A stretch of 64,000 bases of DNA from Octopus vulgaris (Eukaryota), in contig CATOCA020000001.1 of assembly GCA_951406725.2 (NCBI GenBank), positions 1,674,001 through 1,738,000 on the forward strand, written 5' to 3'. A model generated the notes under the pieces. The model had not been told where the DNA came from and did not search any database. It saw only the letters and a list, made by a program, of their open reading frames with translations. Positions 43,986 to 58,653 of the stretch are shown here, piece by piece. The translations under genes and the position numbers were made by a program. Numbering within the stretch: position 1 is the stretch's first letter; each line of letters starts with the position of its first letter.

Positions 43986-45501
43986 GACTGCGGCCATGCT
44001 GGTGCACCACCTTGAAGAATTTTTAGTTGTATGTATCGATCCCAGTACTTGTATATTTTTTCAAAGCCTGGTAATTATGCTGTGTTTCTTTTGCCGAACC
44101 GCTAAGTTACTGGGACCTAAACATGCCAATAATGGTTGTCAAGCGGTGCCGGGTGTCTCTTCACTGACTGCAACCTTTCACTGTAACAGACTCCCTGATT
44201 TCATTATCAGAAAAAAACATCGTATGTACATAGAAACCTGTTTAGTTTCATCCCTAAAACATGATTAATCGTTCCTCCCTTCATTTAAGATTTTCGCATC
44301 TTATGGAGGTGAACTGGTAGAAGCATTGGTCTGAGGGACACAATGCCCTGCGGCATTTCGTCCGTCTTTACGTTCGGGTTTCAAATGGGTTCCACTTTGC
44401 TTTACATCGATTCGGGGTCAAGATAATAAGCACGATTAGAGCCCTGTGATTGATGTAATCGATTTACCACCTTCCTCGATATTGCCGGCCTTGTGACAAA
44501 ATTTGAAACCGATATTTTCTAATCAAAATAGTGAAACACTTAAATCATTCCAAACGTTCTCAGACCATTGTCCCCTGTTGTTAGTTTTGAGGTGAGGTAC
44601 ATCTACAGCTTCTAGATGTTTCTAAATGACCATGTCGTATTTGCCAAACGTTTGGCCAAGTTCAAAGTTTTTTCCTCTTTTGAAACTTTGCTGTTATTTT
44701 CTCTGTAGCTTTGATCTTTTACTTGTTTCAAGCATTTGTGTGTCCATGCTGGGGCACCGCCTTGAAAGATATTAGTGAAAACAAATCGACAGCAGGACTT
44801 ATATTTTAAAACCTGTTAAATAATCCATATTCATAGAAAGGAGGAATGCACTGGCGATTAGGTTCTGCTGAGAACCACCAAATACGGTAACTTCTGGCGA
44901 TTATACACACACCAGAAATACCAAGATACCAATTTTTCTACTAAACTGGGAACATAACATTTTTAGAAAAAATGTCATCTTCTCGATATTCAAAGTCTTT
45001 CCACACCGCATCCCCAAGCATCCTTTCAGGGGTGGATTCTTAGATTTTCATCTAAATTTAAAGTAGATGTAAAAAGCAAAGGATTGTGTGTGTCACTGAG
45101 TTGATAGTAGGAACCATCTGTGCAGTCCAGGGATCAATTCACATCCCTCTCCTGTTCACTACACGTCTCTAAGCCACAAGAGAAGGATTTAAAAACTTAA
45201 CGGAATTTCCTATATGGGGATTGTCTAGTTACCTTAGTTGTGTCTGACAAAGAAATTCCATGCTTGATTCGGAGAAAAGGAGTAACAAGGGGTTTCATTG
45301 GACCACATCAGTGATAAGTAAGAAGAAGGAGTTTATTAACAGCAGGGAGCATAGCTGTGACTGAGAAACAAAGAGGACCTGGTAGTATGTAGCATACTTT
45401 TGCTAATTGTTTCAGATGCCTGTGTAGTCAGGAGCAGACAGTGACAACCCCTCAGAATTCTGTCTTCTGTCTAGCAGAATGTTGAGAATGTAATAGCCGG
45501 G

Positions 45502-45537
<36 letters not shown>

Positions 45538-45651
45538 CAGACAGAGACAGACCGTGAGAGAGTATGAGAGAGAGGTATGAATGAAGACAGTAAAAGGAAG
45601 AGAGGGATAAAGAATGGAAAGAAGGAGAGAGAAGGAAGGAAAGAAAGAAAA

Positions 45652-45718
<67 letters not shown>

Positions 45719-46705
45719 GGAAAGGAAGGAGATCAAATTCTGCCGAGGTCGACTTTGTTTTTCTTCCTTCCAGGGTAGCTAAACAAGTACCAGTTCTGGG
45801 GTCAATATAATCGGTTAACCCTTCCAAAACCATTACTGGTCTTGTACCACGATTTGAAACCGATATTTCAAGAACAGTTTTTTTTTATCTCCGTTTCAAC
45901 ATTTGGTGACTTTCATATTTATTTTTCGATTTCAACAATTAGCTTCTTTACTGATTAAGAGAATAATATCAGCAATGATCTACTTGAAAATGCAAAGATC
46001 TTTTCAACTAAACAATGGAAACCAATTTGAACAATAGTTACCAGGCATTAGTGATTAAAAAGTATGTCAAGGGTTTTGTTTGGACGATCGAAATAAAGAT
46101 ATTGTTGTAAACAGGTTGATTACATTAAGATAATTTAGCGAGTTTAGTCCTGTGATTCATTAAGTGTATAATATAAAGCTAAACTTCGAACCCAAATTTA
46201 ATATTGTTTTATATTTGAAATTATTTTTAAGTATGCTATGGTGCTCAAAAATAAAATAATAAACGGTGGTAATATGGCAAAGATGACTTTCAAAGTATAA
46301 CATAGGTTTAATCTTAAACTTGAATATATCACATAACTTCTTTTATGTCTCATGTCTTTTTCTCTCAGCTCATTTGTTCTTTACCATTCATAGAAACTAA
46401 CATTACACTTCCATCGTCACCACATTTCTTTCCCAACTTTTGCAGATCCCCTCCATTCAAGGCCCATCACTTGCTACCACGAGGCACATCGCTTTGGCCA
46501 TGTCACTGACAAACAAGCCATTTGTGGCCAGCAGACACAGTAACTCTCTAAACTTTATCAAACCCCGTTCTTACTTTGGCAACTATGTCCACGAAAGACC
46601 CCGTCCTCACAACTTATTCGGTACCCTATCGTTAAAATCTGGGGATTGCGAGGAATTTATTAATCAAGCAATGTCACCACCACCACCACCAGCACCACCA
46701 TAACC

Positions 46706-46810
<105 letters not shown>

Positions 46811-47234
46811 CGTTACTGCGGCCATGCTGGGGCAACATATTCTAGGGTTTGGGTTGGACAAATGGAGCACAGAACATTTAATGAAAAATCTTACTTATTC
46901 CAGCAGGTTGTGCTAAACCGCTGGATTATGGGGATGTAAACGCACCAGCACCGGCTGCAAATCTTGATGCAGGAAAAACAAGTACATAATAACACACGCA
47001 CGCGTACACACACACATACACATATTTCACACACATGTAGACACACACATATATATAATTATATATATATATATGTATGAATACTTATATCTCTCTATAT
47101 ATACAGACATACACGAGACGCTCCTTCCAGTTTCCTTTGACAAAATGCCACTTGCAATGAGTTATATACATTCTTTGCACAGACTTGTATATGTGCCACT
47201 GCTGTAATATGTTTGAATGAATTCATGACTATAG

Positions 47235-47336
47235 ATGCACAACAGATACGAATGTATATATTCATACATACAGATATGTATTCACATACATACAAATATT
47301 TGCATACTGATGCACAGATGTTGATGTATACGCATG

Positions 47337-47380
<44 letters not shown>

Positions 47381-47436
47381 ACTACACTTGTATATATGTA
47401 CGATTATGTATGTTTGTGTGTATTTATGTATGTATG

Positions 47437-47480
<44 letters not shown>

Positions 47481-48257
47481 ATACGCATGAGCTTTTATAT
47501 ATATGTAAAGATATATGTGTTCATATATACATATATATGTATATAAATATATCCTATATGTATATTTGTTTACATATATACATAAAAAGATAGATATATA
47601 TACATATATATATACACATATATATATACACACCCACACACACATGTATATAGAATGACACAAACACAAACAGACACAATCACAGACATATATACGGATC
47701 TACGTAAAAAACAAAGTTTTATCGGTTTATTTTGATTATGCTCTATCTCTCACTCACTCAATGTGTGTGTATATATATATATATATATATGATGTATATA
47801 TAAAGTGATGTATATATATGAGTGTGTGTGTGTCAACTTTAATTACATGTAGAGAAAGACGTGGAAGGCAGAAGATGGTTATACGATGAGCTAGAAACAA
47901 CAGCAAAATCTCCTATGTATTGTCACCACCACCACCACCACCACTACTTCTACTACAACTACTACTGCACACACCTATATGAGTGTATACATATATATAA
48001 ATACAGATATATATACATCGTCATGTGTGCATTTATATACAGATGTGTGTGTAAGTTCATACACATACGTACATATATATACATTCATATATAGTGAGAT
48101 ATCTGTGTGTGCGTGTGTGTGTGTGTGCGTGCATTCAAAGAACATATACACATAATCGCATATACAGTATAGGCAGTTGAACAACCATACACACAGAGGT
48201 TTATAGCAAACTAACACAAACACGCACACATACACACATATGGGTTCATATACATAC

Positions 48258-48289
<32 letters not shown>

Positions 48290-48620
48290 ATGTGTGTGTA
48301 TATATATATATATATGTGTTTGTGTGTGTGTGTATATATATATATATGTATATATATATGAGTGTGTGTGTGTATGTGTATACATACTTATATGTCTACT
48401 TAAATAGCATTAGAGAAAGACGTGGAAGGCTGTAGGTGCTTATACGATGAGCTAGAAACAACAGCAAAATCTCCTATGTATTTTCTTAGATGCACAACAG
48501 AATCAAATGTATATATTCATGCATACAGATATGTATTCACATTCATACAAATACTTCCATGCTGCTGCACAGATGTTGTTGTATACGCAAATATATATAT
48601 ATATATATACATATATATAT

Positions 48621-48657
<37 letters not shown>

Positions 48658-48719
48658 CAACTACACTTGTATATATGTACGATTATGTATGTATGTATGT
48701 ATCTATCTGTCTCTCTCTC

Positions 48720-48773
<54 letters not shown>

Positions 48774-48886
48774 ATTAATATGCATGTGCTTTTATATATA
48801 TGTAAATATATATGTGTTTATATATACATATATATGTATATAAATATATCTTATATGTATATATGTTTACATATATACATAAAAAG

Positions 48887-48924
<38 letters not shown>

Positions 48925-49135
48925 TTACATATATATATACACACACACACACACGTATATTTATTAGTGTGTGTTATTGTGTGTGCATACATATGACCTT
49001 TCCTTCTTTTATTATATACCCTAACACTAACCCTATGTATGTATATGTATATTTGTGTGTATAAATATACACTCATATACGTATAAAAAGAGAAGGCAAG
49101 ATTATGCTCTATCTCTCACTCACTCAATGTGTGTT
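47235..49135 (+). repeat. Local tandem duplication of TA/TG-rich sequence
   Basis: 47235-47765 resembles 48490-49135; 47850-47920 resembles 48412-48481 (agagaaagacgtggaaggc...aaatctcctatgtatt). Confidence 0.75.
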
Positions 49136-49156
49136 GTGTGTACATATATGTATATA

Positions 49157-49226
<70 letters not shown>

Positions 49227-49242
49227 GTATATATATATATAT

Positions 49243-51410
49243 ATTGTAAACTTCAGTTTATCTAAAGTTATTATTCATAGCTGAATGCTCTTCTTGACAC
49301 TAATAAACCTAACAACAGTCATTGTGTTGTGTCTCTAGGTTAGCTACATTCCTCTGCTTACATCTTGAGCTATAAATCTGTGGATCATACCCCAGCTAGG
49401 GTGGGGGACACTTTATATAGAAAAACAAATTGAGTGTAGTGGGTGCTTTTTATGTGCCAGGGGAGGCTGGCAACGACCACGATCGGTTGGTGCTTTTTTC
49501 GTGCCACCGGCAATCATCATCATCATCACCATATACTGTCCACCTTCCATGAATTCATGAGTAAGATGGATGACAGGAGCCGTCCAGGTAGGAAAAACTA
49601 CCCTGGGCTATTGTCTATTTAGGAAAGGGATTTTACAGCTGGATGCTCTTCCAAACATCAACCACCAGTTTTTTCCCACTGTATGACACCTTGAGCAAGT
49701 ACCTTCTTCTAAATCCCATGGCTGATCAAGGCTTCTGAGTGGATTAAATAGAGATAATCTGAGAGAAGCCCATCGTACACCGCTGGACAAAATCTGAGGA
49801 CCAGTGAAAAAACTGCCAAAATGAAGTTTTTTTGTGTGTGTGTGTGTACGTATGCATATGTATATCATCATCATCATCATCATCATCATCGTTATATATG
49901 CACACACCTGCTTGAGTGTGTGTGTGTATGTTTCCATTTGCTTTCACTGAAAATTGCTCAGCTATGAACGATTATCATTTTCCCTGTTAATAGACAAACC
50001 ATTGGAATAAGTGATCCCTTGAACGACAGGTAAGGGTTAATAACATGAAGGGGATCCAGATACAAAAAGAATGGATTGATAATATACTCATACAACCCAT
50101 GGTAGTATGGAGAAGAGGTGTAGAATGATTGCTTTATATGCATATACGTACATATATAAGTCTATGTATGTGTATACTCGTGTGCATGTGTGAGTAGCTG
50201 TATGGCATAGTGATTCGGGTGTTACCCTCACAATAGCTAGATCGTGGGTTTGATTCTTGCAATGCCCTTCCTTTCCCAAGAGAAGAAACGACAGAGGCTG
50301 GAGTCTCAAGCCATTAGAAAAGCCAGCTTAAGAGAATATATGTTAACAGAACAACTTCAAAGTGACGCAGATAGAAATGCCTGCTACAGAGAAGAGGAAA
50401 CATCAAAGTAACGACAAGTCAGGTTGGAATTTAAAACTTTATCTTTTGGAGAGGAGCGACTAGTAACCTTTAACTAAGATCTTAATACATAAGCATTACG
50501 ATAGATGTTTTATGAATACATTTGTGTAGAGTACACACTGGGTCAAAGGTCGAGTGAGCGCTTGTATATATTATAAGTACACAAATTTGGTGATTTGTTT
50601 AGTCGACTTCTTTTCCTCAAGAGCTTCATGCATTAGTGAACAGTCAACAGCGTTGGAGACCATGGAGATTAAATTTCTGAATATTTGAAAAGAGTTTCCT
50701 GTATCATTGTAATTTTTGGTGGATATCAAAATGCCGACATCATGACTGATGCTCAATGCTCTGTGAATACTGTAAAGGCTGTGAGATGTGACACACGCAT
50801 GAGACTGTGAATCTGTAGCTACTGGGAAGGGACATAGTAGGAGTTCTGAGTGTGTCTGCACCACACCACAATTCATTGCCACATCGTTGAGCAGGCAGTG
50901 AGTTACGCTCTACACAGACAGCTTTGTGAAACTGCTGTAGACTGGGATCAAACTCTGGCTGGAGAGGATTGCCATTGGAAGGTCATATGTGTGGCAGCAA
51001 GAATCATCTCTTCGTCATACCGCTGGAAGGAACCAGACGTGATTGTTGGAGATTTTCTACGACTGTCCCAGCCCGAATTTCTGGTCTTCTAATTCCCCTG
51101 ATTGTAATACCCTGGATTACTATGTGAGGGGCGCAATTGAGAAAGATACCAATCACTCTTCCTGCAGCACTAAGTCCAAGCTGACGACCAAGATCAAAGA
51201 GGGGTTCGAAAATCTCCCCAAGGACACAGTGAGAAACGCATATGCCAGGCTTTGAAGATGTGTTGAGGCTGTGGTGGAAGTGAAGGGCAGATAATTTCAG
51301 GAAACCTTTATCTCTCAGCCAAAACCTAGTTTTGACAGGTTTTGAATTTTTAAAACGCTTATTTTTGGATGTGATGAGGAGTTTTATTTTCCTTTTGTGA
51401 AAACTGTCAA
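49243..51410 (+). repeat. Segmental duplicate of the gene's first intron (copy of blocks within 30714-35765)
   Basis: Colinear matches: 49243-49410 with 30714-30920; 49520-49850 with 31135-31360; 49925-50280 with 32755-33118; 50290-51410 with 34860-35765. Confidence 0.85.
50900..51410 (+). mobile_element. Tc1/mariner-superfamily transposase relic (C-terminal catalytic region)
   Basis: FWSSNSPDCNTLDYYVRGAIEK...LTTKIKEGFENLPKDTVRNAYARL*RCVEAVVEVKG matches the WPxxSPDLNPLDY motif. Confidence 0.8.
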
Positions 51411-51424
51411 ATGTATTCTTGTGT

Positions 51425-51664
51425 TCTTTTTACTTGCTTCAGTCATTTGTCTGCGGCCATGCAGGAGCACCACTATTAGGCGAGCAAATCGACCCCACGA
51501 TATATTCTTTGTAAACCTATTACTTATTCTTAGTCTCTTTCCCGAACCACTAAATTAGAGGGATGTAAACACACCAGCATCGGTTGTCAAGCGATGTTGG
51601 CGGGGGATAAACACAGATACACAAACACAAACGCACACATACACACATACACACACACGTATAC

Positions 51665-51698
<34 letters not shown>

Positions 51699-51845
51699 GA
51701 CGGGCTTCTCTCAGTTTTCGTCAACCAAATCCAGTCACAAGGCTTTGGTTGGCCCGAGACTATAGTAGAAAACACTTGCCGAAGGTGCCACGTAGTGGGA
51801 CTCAACCTAGATCCATTTGGTTGCTAAGCAAGCTTCTTATCACAC
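51425..51845 (-). mobile_element. Dominant SINE copy followed by a long (TG)n
   Basis: Family motifs; (TG)n at 51857-51975. Confidence 0.8.
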
Positions 51846-51864
51846 ACACGCATTTCTGTGTGTG

Positions 51865-51977
<113 letters not shown>

Positions 51978-52329
51978 CCAACCTGGGTTGTTACAGCTCT
52001 GGTTGCGATAGAAGCCGTCAGTTTATCGAAATTTCCTTGGAAAATTGATTTGGGGAAAAAGTGTACAAATCTCGATGCCAACACATTGTTACTGTTTCTT
52101 ATTGTACACTGTCCTCTTTTGTTCTACAAAAACCTGCCACACACTGCTTGACGCTTACAGACCTGGATCTTATTCCTTTATATAGAAAGAGATACTGACA
52201 CAAACACACACACACATATACACACACATATTACACACGTTCGTAGGCACAAGAGTAACTGTGGCAAGAAGCAATTATCTTCTGTTATAGCCGTGAGCTG
52301 ACCAAAGCCTTATAAGTTGTGTATGGTCA

Positions 52330-53395
52330 GTGCATCTCCGACCGGGTCGATCAATTTGCTCAATAGAGTAGTGTTGTTCGTATACGCCAGGTTGGTAAAA
52401 TGGTTAAGTCTCGAAGGCACCACCAGATACTTTCTTACAGACCTTGACCATCAGACAATCGATGACACAGTTGAAAAGATCAAGGGTGGCCTTTCAATCT
52501 TTTTGATCCCCTGTTAATGGAGAACCAGTCAGAATCCTTGCCGTTCACCCGGATGCAGCACTCGGTACTGCTATACACCTGTTGGAACATGGTTGTGATC
52601 TTGGGAGGCGCGTCGACAAGCTTGAGAACTTTCGATGACTGGTTGGGACACTCATATTTAAGTTGCAAGTGAATCTCGTCACAGAGAACCATCCCCGCCA
52701 TGATTCCTCCTGTCTCCATGATCCTAACATCGCGCCTCAATATTCGCGGGTTCTTTGATCAATCGCTTCATTACCCTGGCTGACAATGAGACTGTCAACT
52801 GAGAGATCTTCAAATCAAATGTCAACCAGTCTGCACATTATTTCCTGGTAAACACAATACTTCCTCCGAAGGATCTTGAAGGTAATCAATTACCACCGGG
52901 AGGCCCGAATGCGTGGCGACATGAATGAGTACAGCAGGATCGACCTGAAATGCAGCAATGCCCATCTCAGATAAAAGAGGGAAATTCTGGGCAGAAGAAG
53001 CCGAACGTCTGGAGGCAGCATCAAAGAACGACGACATACACCAAGTGTTGAACATGTTCCAAAGAGCCTGTGCTTGTCTCCAGTTCAAGACAGCACAGGT
53101 GAAGGATACCAATGACAACGCCGTAGTCAAGGAAACCACCTGCTTCAAACGCTGGAAGGAGAGCTTTAGCCTTCTTCTTCATCACCCAACTGTTCCCATC
53201 CATCGCAGCCTAACCGTCGCTATAGACTCATCCGCAACCACATCACTTACAGGTTGTGTCCTATCACCCCGACGTGGTCAGGGCCACCCTGAAGAAGCTC
53301 AACAACAGCAAAACCCTTGGAATCTACACTATCACTGCAGAGATTTTGAAGGCGGGCGATAAATCATGATTCAGTGACCATCCCACATCATCCAC
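52330..53395. mobile_element. RTE-like LINE relic in two oppositely oriented pieces
   Basis: Minus about 52330-52860: PPKITTMFQQVYSSTECCIRVNGKDSDWFSIN (RT). Plus about 52870-53395: FWAEEAERLEAASKNDD..KRWKESFSLLL..KLNNSKTLGIYTITAEILKAG (region upstream of RT). Confidence 0.7.
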
Positions 53396-54088
53396 CAGCA
53401 CCAGTGTGTCTTTCTGTCTGTCTGTCTATCTATCTGTCTGTTTGTCTATGTATCTATCTGTCTGTATGTCTGCCTGAATTCTAACTGTCTTTCTAAATCT
53501 GTTTGTGAGTGTGTGTGTGTGTGTGTGTGTGTGCGCGTGTATGTGCACATTTCAGCGTTTGTGTGTATCGCAACATCCACTTCGTAGCCGGTGGTGGTCC
53601 ATTTTCCTCGACATAACTTAGCGGCTCTGCATTAAGTATCAGGCTAAACAAATAAGTCCTGGGGTCTATTCACCATTCGACTAAAATCTTTCCAGACGAT
53701 GCCCAAGCATGGCCATAGTCGACTGACACAAGTATGTATACCTCCTTGCGACGATATAAACTTTCATTTAATCAAGATATTTTTGGCCTTGAAAAGCAGC
53801 ATCCAGTATACAACAATCTCGGTTATTTACCATTTCCAAGGTTCTGCTTGCTATGAAACATATGTAACCCGGATCCTATCGACTCCATTCCTTAACTCTT
53901 GTATTCTAATTCGCACACCGGGCAACCCTAATCGCCTTCCGAGAAATAGGAAAAGAAATTTTTTTAAACGTATCGAACTTCGATACGTAAAAACACCGAA
54001 ACTTCCGCTTCAATAACGCACTATTGTCTTTGATCGTTTTCCCTACACCTCGATCAATGGATTTTATATATCACCTTACACACACACG

Positions 54089-54155
<67 letters not shown>

Positions 54156-54784
54156 GTGATAGACGTTGAGAAACCAACTAAGTGATAGTATCTGTCCAAT
54201 ATACTGCTTGTAGTGTACGCAATTATTCTTACCCAAGCGCTAGTTCCAAGTGTATGTGTGTATATATAAACATATATAGGTATATGTATGAGCATGTATA
54301 TATATTATATACATATATTTTGTATATATGAGAGGCTATGCAAGAAGCCATGTGCTTCTGGGTGTTTACACACATATGTATCCAAAGGTCTGGAAATGGA
54401 TATATACGTGTGTGCGCATGTGTGGTAATAAGGGTGTGTGTATGAGCGAGTTTGGATATGCATGTATATAATTATGTACACACATGTATATGGGTGTGAA
54501 TGTATATCTGGTTAGTGGTAGTATAGGTGCATCTGTGGTTCTGTAGTTATATGTATGTATGCTTGCATGGGCTGAGTATAGACAGGTATAGATAGGAATA
54601 CCCCATCGCTTTTTGTCTACCAAGGGTATGTTACTCCATACTCCTATTAGGAATATTCTACATAAACCTAGCTTATGCACTGGGTCTAAGAACCCGTCTC
54701 TTATGAAACTTTACGAAAAACACACGCGTGACTAGTTTCTCATAGATGCTAGCATTTAGTAATTGAAAGGCACCCAAGCAATGA

Positions 54785-54795
54785 ACAGAATAATG

Positions 54796-54862
<67 letters not shown>

Positions 54863-54900
54863 TAATAATTATAATGAAAAAAATAATATTAATAATAATG

Positions 54901-54931
<31 letters not shown>

Positions 54932-54966
54932 TAATTATAATGAAAAAAATAATATTAATAATAATG

Positions 54967-55006
<40 letters not shown>

Positions 55007-55044
55007 TAATAATAATAATGAAAAAAATAATATTAATAATAATG

Positions 55045-55100
<56 letters not shown>
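54785..55100. repeat. (TAA)n microsatellite with interspersed repeated atgaaaaaaataatatt units
   Basis: Direct reading of the sequence; abuts the R4/Dong-like element. Confidence 0.9.
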
Positions 55101-56610
55101 TGGTGATGGTGTCACAATAAAAACACTGGTAATTGCGCAACCTGATAATCGCTACCTCATATATGTTACAATGAAAAAACAAAATATTGTGAATAACGGT
55201 GGTAATGAAACTGAAGCCAATGATTGTGACAGTGTTACACCCGGTAGGCTCAGAGATTCTGGTCCGGCTCCAGCCCGCCCATATCCAGAAAGGGACTACC
55301 ACACACGGCGTAGATGGAGGAAGCAAATTAATGCTGTGGTCATGGAGTGTTAGTACCTGAGCAGCGCGGTAGATGAAAATGGTGCTCAAACTAGGGGTTA
55401 CTCATAATGTATGTATGATCCTGGGAGAGAAAAGGGATTGATTCAACTCCCGGAAAAGAGTATATGTGGTCAAGCTAGAGCAATAAGAATAAACTTGTTG
55501 GTTCACAGAAGTAGAGCTCGAAGCTATCAAAAGACGGGTCATGGAATATAGTAGCAGAGATAACAAGGAAAATACAGTTCTTAATAATAAGAGTAAATTC
55601 ATAGAACAGGAAAGGAGCAGTGGTAGTCTACTTGATTAGAGACATATAGACGATCTAAAAGAAGACAATAAAACTAATGGCGACATGACAGATGAACAGA
55701 TCTACGACAGAATGAAGGTAAGACTACAGGAGAATGATATAGCGACATTATTTGCTAAAAAGGTTGATCGATGGAAATTGAACCAAGAAACGAAAAATGT
55801 CAATGAAATTCAGAAATACATCAAAACAAACATCACAGAATAAAATAATTTGATCAAGGCAGCAAGTATTGTTGTAGCACAAAACTTGGGTGTTGATGCC
55901 AAGAAAAAGAAACATAATGGGAATGGCAAAAGAAAAGATCCATGGTGGTAAAGAAGAACACGGACAGGGTCAGACTTGCTCTCGAAGGAAATCTCTGTGG
56001 TAGACCGAAAAGAGAAAGGGGGGCTTCAAAGAAAACAAAGATACAGGGCGATTTAAAGAAAGTATAATATTGAAAGAAATGGCCTGAAAGTAGTAATGGG
56101 GGAACTGAAACAGCGCCTCGTTGCAAAGAAAGCAAAGATGGTAAGATACGACCAAAGAATTTGGATAGTAGTCTGTCTAAAACAAACAGAACTAGTCATT
56201 TCAGTTAAGGAAGTGAAGGAAATCAGCAAAAAAAAATGAGCAACTGGAAGGCCCCGGGACCAAGGCTACTGGATCAAAATATTTGGTGAATGTCATGCAC
56301 GAATAGCTGCGAAACTCAGCACCTTGTTAAATGCCGACCAAGTAATATCAGAGAGGTTGGCATTGGGTAGGACAGTGCTGTGCCTGAAAAAAAAAACATG
56401 GAAAAAGGCAATACGGTAGACAATTACAGGCCGATATCCTGTTTGCCACTTATGTGGAAATGATTGACTGGAATACTCGCAATGTCCGAACATCTGGAAA
56501 AAATGGAGTCCTGCCACATGAGCAGAAAGGTTGCAAGCGTAAGTGCAGAAGTACCAAGGATCAATTCCTGATAAACTAAAGTGTACTTAGAGACTGCAGA
56601 AAGAGGAATA
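55100..56610 (+). mobile_element. Decayed R4/Dong-like non-LTR retrotransposon (N-terminal region to early RT), 3'-truncated
   Basis: Peptides [55 protein letters not shown]; starts directly after (TAA)n. Confidence 0.7.
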
Positions 56611-57870
56611 CTAGTCATGGTAGTATTTCTGATTATTGTGGGTTAGTGAAACCGTGCAGTATCCCCTGGATTCCGCAGAAAGTGATGCAGAAGCCATACC
56701 AATGACGCTCTTCAATTTGACCGTGATAATGTCGAGTGTGTTCTCTAGCTTCTCACTAATGAAGCTCTTGTCAGTGCTACCGCTATCAATTAATGCTTCG
56801 GCTTTATAGCTATTGTTCAGTATAACCTTGGAGGTTACTCGGAAGTGTGAACCTGCTGATGCTGATACTGCCAATGGCAAATAATTTTCACCATCATCCT
56901 GTGTTACAGTTGCTGCGGTGCTCCTACATAGTTTTCCAAAATGCCCTATTTTGGGCATTTGTGACAGACTGCTTTCCACGCAGAGCAGTGAGTCCGCGGA
57001 TGTCTGGAATAGCCACAAAGCCAACATTGACAGGGGTCTCCTCCCTGCTTTGGGGAATCTATTGGCTTAGCTACAATGGATGCAGTTGGACTGAATTTGG
57101 CACCCTCAGAGTTTAGAACGACACAGGAACTATGTTGCGCCACATCTAGGGAACGTGCTTGATCATAAGCTGTACTGAGGTCGACACTTTTGTTTTCTAA
57201 TAGTCTTTGTCGTATTTGATTCGAAGTGAGCCCATTTATAAACACATCTCGAATCATTTCAGACCGGTACTGCTCAGCACTCACTGCAACAAAGTCACAG
57301 TCTTTCGCTAATATTTTGAGTTCGTTTAAGAACTGGTCTAGAGATTCTCCTAGTTTCTGTTTCCTTGTGGCTAAAAGATGGCGTGCCATTACGATGTTCT
57401 TTGGTTTAATGTACACAATCTTTAGTGTATTCACAGCTTCTTCGTAGTTCTTAGCTTCACTGATGAATTCGTATACGTTCGGTTCCACATAATTAACCAA
57501 AATATTGCGTTTATCGATAACCCTACCTTCCTGCCCTGGTAGTGAGTCTATAAAGTTGGTGAAAGTTCTAAACCAGTGATTAAAAACTTTATCAGCATTT
57601 ATAGAATTTCAGTTTGTATTCAGTCTGTCAGATTTCAAGTATCTTTCCATATCGTTCGCGTCTTTTCGCAAGTTTCTTTCTGCAACGTTTCCCAGTTGTG
57701 TATTTTCAAAAATTAGTTTCTTTAATTGTAATGTATAACCAGTAAATCCTGGTTCAAAGAAACTAATTTTTAGTCATGGGCCTGTACCTTATTCCGAAAG
57801 GCCGTTCTCTGTTTTCCTCTTCCTGTCAAATGCGTATGCTCTTTATATCAACGTTGTTTGCATAACATTC
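56611..57870 (-). mobile_element. Ty3/Gypsy LTR retrotransposon 5' fragment: putative short LTR, gag (two CCHC knuckles) and aspartic protease
   Basis: ATG at 57650 (MERYLKSDRL..), gag ORF 56946..57500, knuckles CWLCGYSRHPRTHC and CHKCPK*GHFGKLC, protease ALIDSGS; has stops and a frameshift; LTR-like segment TG...TATAAA...TTACA at about 57866-57727. Confidence 0.88.
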
Positions 57871-58536
57871 TATATCTTACTAGTATCAGTTTAGACGCTG
57901 AGAATTTCGACCCCAGTATGCAACTGGTACTTAATTTATCGACCACGGCAGGATGAAAGGCAAAGTTGACCTCGGCTGAATTTAAACTCAGAATGTAAAG
58001 ACAAACGAAATATCGCTAAGCATTTCGCCCGACGTGCTAACGTTTCTGCCTGCTCGCCGCCCTCTGTTGTTAATGATATTAATAAGGTAATAATAAGGTG
58101 GCTAGCAAGTTCACACGGTTACTGGCACATTATAAGCTAAATTTAGATTCAGTAGGGTATATAATACCACTTGCTAAAATCAGAGCCAAAGCTCCAAAAC
58201 CATCGGAATCTCACAATATATATGTATTGTGGTATTTCGGTCATTTTTGCCAAATAAACATATGCTCTATATATTCGTTCTCTTTACTCGTTTATTAATG
58301 TTCTTATTTTAACTCATGTCCCTTGTCAGGAAATCCTTCGTCACACATCTGTGGCCTCCATGTGTGCTCCCATGTGTCCCCCATGTGTGCTCCTTTTCTG
58401 CTCATTCCGTGGAGTGAAGAACGAATAAATAGTTCGACTGTTTAATTAGCCCCTAAAATATAATAATGACCATCCCGAAATACAACAATACCTGTTTCAA
58501 ACTCATGGTTTCAAACCAGGAATCTTGCAACACATG

Positions 58537-58570
<34 letters not shown>

Positions 58571-58653
58571 GGTCCCGGGTTGATTCGGGGTTAACCACAG
58601 TAAATAAGGTACTCAATACATAGCAGAGTAAAATTAATTTATTATATAGAAGG

